Source: a virus
Lineage: Duplodnaviria > Heunggongvirae > Uroviricota > Caudoviricetes
IMG/VR virus record: IMGVR_UViG_2778261527_000010
Coordinates: 1-20,659 of that record
Direction: 5' to 3' (one strand)
Length of the DNA stretch: 20,659 nt
The translations under genes and the position numbers were made by a program. The notes beneath the pieces were generated by a model. The model had not been told where the DNA came from, did not search any database, and worked only from the letters and a program-made list of their open reading frames with translations. Shown in pieces: positions 16,558-20,659 of the stretch; within the stretch, counting starts at the first letter, position 1, and every line of letters begins with the position of its first letter.

Positions 16558-17765
16558 ATGTCGGTTTTTCATAACTGGCTGCTTGATATCGCAAGCGGGA
16601 ATTACTTTATCTACATCAAACGCCTTTCTGCAAACGACACAGGCGCAACAGGTGGCCATCAGGTCGGACTTTATATCCCCTCAAATATCGTTGAAAAGCT
16701 TTTTCCATCTATCAATCATACTCGCGAACTGAACCCTTCAGTCTTCCTTACTGCGCATGTATCATCCCATGATTGCCCTGATACCCAAGCACGCGCAATT
16801 TATTACAACAACCGTTATTTTGGTAAGACCCGAAACGAAAAAAGAATTACGCGCTGGGGGAGAGGAAGTCCATTACAGAACCCTGAAAATACAGGAGCCC
16901 TCACAATTCTTGCTTTCAGGTTAAACGAACAGAACACTGACTGTTCCGAGGTAGATATATGGGTCTGCGTCAATCCCGATGAAGAGGATATCATCGAGTC
17001 TGCTATTGGCGAAATCATACCTGGAACCCTAATTTCCGGCCCTGCCGGACAAATTTTGGGCGGATTGTCTCTTCAGCAAACTCCAGTAAATCATAAATAT
17101 GTTATTCCTGAAGACTGGAAGAAGCGTTTTCCTTCTGGAAACGAAATTATTCAATATGCTGCTGGCCATTATGCTAAAAACTCCAAGGATCCAGATGAGC
17201 AACTGATTGACCGTCGGCGTGTCGAGTATGATATTTTCTACTCGTCGAGGAATTACATGTTCTTGATATTATTAAGAAAGGATTCGATTCTGTAGATGAG
17301 TTTATTGCATTAGCCAACTCTGTCAGTAATCGACGTAAATCAAGGGCAGGCAAATCACTTGAACTTCACCTAGAGAAGCTTTTTATCGAGCACGGACTAC
17401 GGCATTTCTCCACTCAGGCAGTTACTGAAGGTAATAAAAAACCAGATTTCCTGTTTCCTTCAGCAGAGGCATATCATAACGTTGAATTTCCTGTAGAAAA
17501 CTTACGTATGCTGGCAGTAAAGACCACCTGCAAAGATCGCTGGCGTCAGATACTGAATGAAGCAGATAAAATCCATCAGGTACATTTATTTACACTGCAA
17601 GAAGGTGTTTCTTCAGCACAATACCGAGAAATGAAAGATGCGGGTGTCAGACTCGTTGTACCATCAACTTTACATAAAAAATACCCAGAAGCAGTTAGAG
17701 AAGAATTAATAACGCTCGGAGCATTCATTACTGAGCTGATAGAGCTTTACGCTGAACTATCATAG
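16558..17765 (+). pseudogene. EcoRII-family (CCWGG-type) restriction endonuclease gene, disrupted by a 1-nt frameshift near 17234-17238
   Basis: N-terminus MSVFHNWLL..YIKRLSANDTGATGGHQVGLYIPS matches EcoRII as I recall it; frame 0 stops at 17293-17295 (246 aa); homologous sequence continues in the +2 frame from 17238 (LLVEELHVLDIIKKGF...) to stop at 17763-17765. Confidence 0.8.
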
Positions 17766-17770
17766 GCTGA

Positions 17771-17793
17771 CTCCCGGCTTAAAAGGCCGGGAG
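17771..17793. terminator. bidirectional hairpin between convergent R and M genes
   Basis: ctcccggc-ttaaaag-gccgggag perfect 8-bp stem. Confidence 0.5.
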
Positions 17794-17799
17794 ATGTTC

Positions 17800-19233
17800 T
17801 CAAGGCTGCCCAGTCTTACCAGCATCAGCAGAAACAGCTTTGAGGATATAGGGTTCCAGAAGTCTGGCAACAGCTTCAAATACTGGCACCACAACTGAGT
17901 TACCGAACTGCCGATATGACTGAGTATCTGAAACCGGAATACGGAATGGTTTCCCTCCAGGTTTTTCAAATCCCATAAGGCGTGCGCACTCTCGGGGAGT
18001 CAGCCTGCGTGGTCGACGAGCCTGATTACTCTCATTCATAAAGTCAGCCTCTCCCGTTGCCATATCCCAACCACGATCAATAAGAATTTCTGATCCGTCT
18101 TTGTGATATCTGGCAGAAAGTGTGCGTGCAATGCTTTCCTTATTCTCAGGATTGACCAACCCAAAGCCAAAACCATTCCCCTTGGCTGCATGCTTTTTGG
18201 CGTAGTTATAAAGGTACTCCCATAGTTTTGGCGTAAGTATATATTTACTGTCGACTACAGGCTCCAGCAATTCACCAAATGATGGGCGGTGTTCCGGATA
18301 AAAACGACTGATATCACGCAAGGTAAACCCCTTGTGAATATTCAGATCTCGTCTAAATCCGACCAGAACAATACGTTCACGATGCTGAGGCAAAAAATGC
18401 TTCCCATCGATAATCTTTGGATCGTTTTTTCCCATTTCTGCAGCATCGGCAACTTCGTAGCCCAGCTCGTCAAGGGTCTCCATAATGACTTTGAAAGTTT
18501 TACCCTTATCATGGCTCTTCAGATTTTTGACATTTTCCAGCACAAAAATTGCCGGTTTTTTTGCTCGTATAATACGTGCCACGTCAAAAAAAAGTGTTCC
18601 TTGTGCTTCACATTCAAAACCATGCGCACGACCAAGTGAGTTTTTCTTACTAACACCAGCAAGGCTAAATGGCTGGCACGGGAACCCCGCAAGAAGCACA
18701 TCATGATCCGGCACATGCTCATCAATATATGCATAAGCATCCGTTTCCAATACATCGGTTTTATCACTCAGCGTGACTTCCCGAATATCGAGATTGAATT
18801 TATGCACCTGTTCATCGTTAAACCAGTTGGCCTTGTATGTACGCACAGCATCTTTATTCCATTCACTGGTAAAAACACACTGGCCTCCAATGGCCTCAAA
18901 ACCTTTCCGTATCCCTCCAATTCCAGCAAATAAGTCAATGAAGCGGAAAGCATATTCCGGATGGTTTGCAGGTGGTTCTGGTAGCATCTTACGCAGAAGA
19001 GACTCTTCTACTGAAGTCAACGATTTTGGTAAACACTTGCCATTAATCCAGCGGTTAATGGTTTCACGGCTCCACTCATTTTTTCCGACTTTTCTCAGTA
19101 ATTCAGCCACATACTTCTGATCATAGATTTCCAGCACTTTCTCGATAAGCTTTTTATCATTTTCCTGTCGCAGCTTTTCTTCCGCCTCGGCTTCCTTCAG
19201 CAGATGCTGTGCCAACACTTCAAATTCAGACAT
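17800..19233 (-). CDS. DNA (cytosine-5) methyltransferase, M.EcoRII/Dcm-like (477 aa)
   Basis: C5-MTase motifs [36 protein letters not shown]; collinear with M.EcoRII as I recall it; GGAGG RBS 5 nt before ATG 19233 (ORF track start at 19275 is probably too long). Confidence 0.9.
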   Translation of the reverse strand: MSEFEVLAQHLLKEAEAEEKLRQENDKKLIEKVLEIYDQKYVAELLRKVGKNEWSRETINRWINGKCLPKSLTSVEESLLRKMLPEPPANHPEYAFRFIDLFAGIGGIRKGFEAIGGQCVFTSEWNKDAVRTYKANWFNDEQVHKFNLDIREVTLSDKTDVLETDAYAYIDEHVPDHDVLLAGFPCQPFSLAGVSKKNSLGRAHGFECEAQGTLFFDVARIIRAKKPAIFVLENVKNLKSHDKGKTFKVIMETLDELGYEVADAAEMGKNDPKIIDGKHFLPQHRERIVLVGFRRDLNIHKGFTLRDISRFYPEHRPSFGELLEPVVDSKYILTPKLWEYLYNYAKKHAAKGNGFGFGLVNPENKESIARTLSARYHKDGSEILIDRGWDMATGEADFMNESNQARRPRRLTPRECARLMGFEKPGGKPFRIPVSDTQSYRQFGNSVVVPVFEAVARLLEPYILKAVSADAGKTGQP

Positions 19234-19594
19234 AATTCCTCCAAGGGGTCTAATGGGTGAAACTTTATCACTCATTCAACCCAGAAGGAAATGTTTTATC
19301 TGGATATTTAAACAGTGACTACAACGTAATCTAGCACTGGTGATGCTTTGTTAGGCATAGAGAATCATTCTATATACGACTAATGACAGAAAAACAGCAG
19401 ACAAGTAGTTTGTTCATAAATTAACGCATACTATGTGTCTACGGTTTTCGAGACCGGTCCAATCATCAAACGAAACATAAAATTAGCTCACATTATGAGG
19501 AAAAGTATCTTTTTTGTACTATGTAAATTCAAAGGCTTAGCCTCATTTCTCCGATGGTTTTCTCAACACTACTGGTTGTGAGCCCTTGCAATGA

Positions 19595-20413
<819 letters not shown>

Positions 20414-20435
20414 GTCTTTAAGTGATAAGCATAAA

Positions 20436-20480
20436 CCGCAGCACGTCATGCATACGTCGTGTCTGCGGTTTTTCTTTTTT
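20436..20480 (+). terminator. rho-independent terminator after the GIY-YIG-like gene
   Basis: Long imperfect hairpin ccgcagcacg...cgtgtctgcgg followed by tttttctttttt. Confidence 0.5.
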
Positions 20481-20482
20481 GC

Positions 20483-20659
20483 TTACACGGTGTCTGGTTC
20501 TTCTGGCCACTCAATATCCGGTGCAGTTGATGTATCAACACGGTTCAGCAACACCCGATACTTTTTCCAGGCTTCCAGCAATGAGGTTTCTTCCTCCGTT
20601 GCGATTTCCAGATCTACAGCATCCTGAAGTGGCGCAATATGCTCACTGGCTACCTGCAT
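20483..20659 (-). CDS. tfa: tail-fibre assembly protein, C-terminal part (partial; 5' end beyond window)
   Basis: Translation ...[45 protein letters not shown]... typical of Tfa C-termini of E. coli prophages. Confidence 0.75.
   Translation of the reverse strand: MQVASEHIAPLQDAVDLEIATEEETSLLEAWKKYRVLLNRVDTSTAPDIEWPEEPDTV

Noticed and set aside
18289-19120. Plus-strand ORFs (73-116 aa) inside the methylase gene
   Set aside because: Antisense to the C5-methyltransferase, which is full-length with all motifs.

Overview
Enterobacterial (E. coli-like) chromosome at the ssrA (tmRNA) integration hotspot. ssrA (40-402) is followed by a ~15.9-kb defective P2/186-family prophage (358-16324), bounded by 46-bp direct repeats of the ssrA 3' end. 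The prophage keeps int, a cI/apl/cII immunity switch, an early operon with Dam methylase and the gpA rolling-circle initiator, a LexA-controlled tum/DinI-like operon, tail genes U and D, and ogr. All capsid and most tail genes are missing: a 3' fragment of the portal gene abuts a 3' fragment of the tape-measure gene. Three AT-rich cargo modules sit at classic P2-family moron positions: (1) a Lamassu-like LmuA/LmuB pair at the old/tin position; (2) a 411-aa RES-domain protein between int and attR; (3) a compact 257-aa reverse transcriptase with an overlapping small membrane-protein ORF and an upstream hairpin-rich noncoding stretch, between ogr and attL. Module 3 matches no named system I can recall and is the best candidate for an undescribed system. 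Right of attR lies a second island: an EcoRII-type R-M system (endonuclease frameshifted, methylase intact), a GIY-YIG-like protein, and the 3' end of a tail-fibre assembly gene. All family assignments rest on reading the translations against remembered family sequences and motifs; no database search was run.
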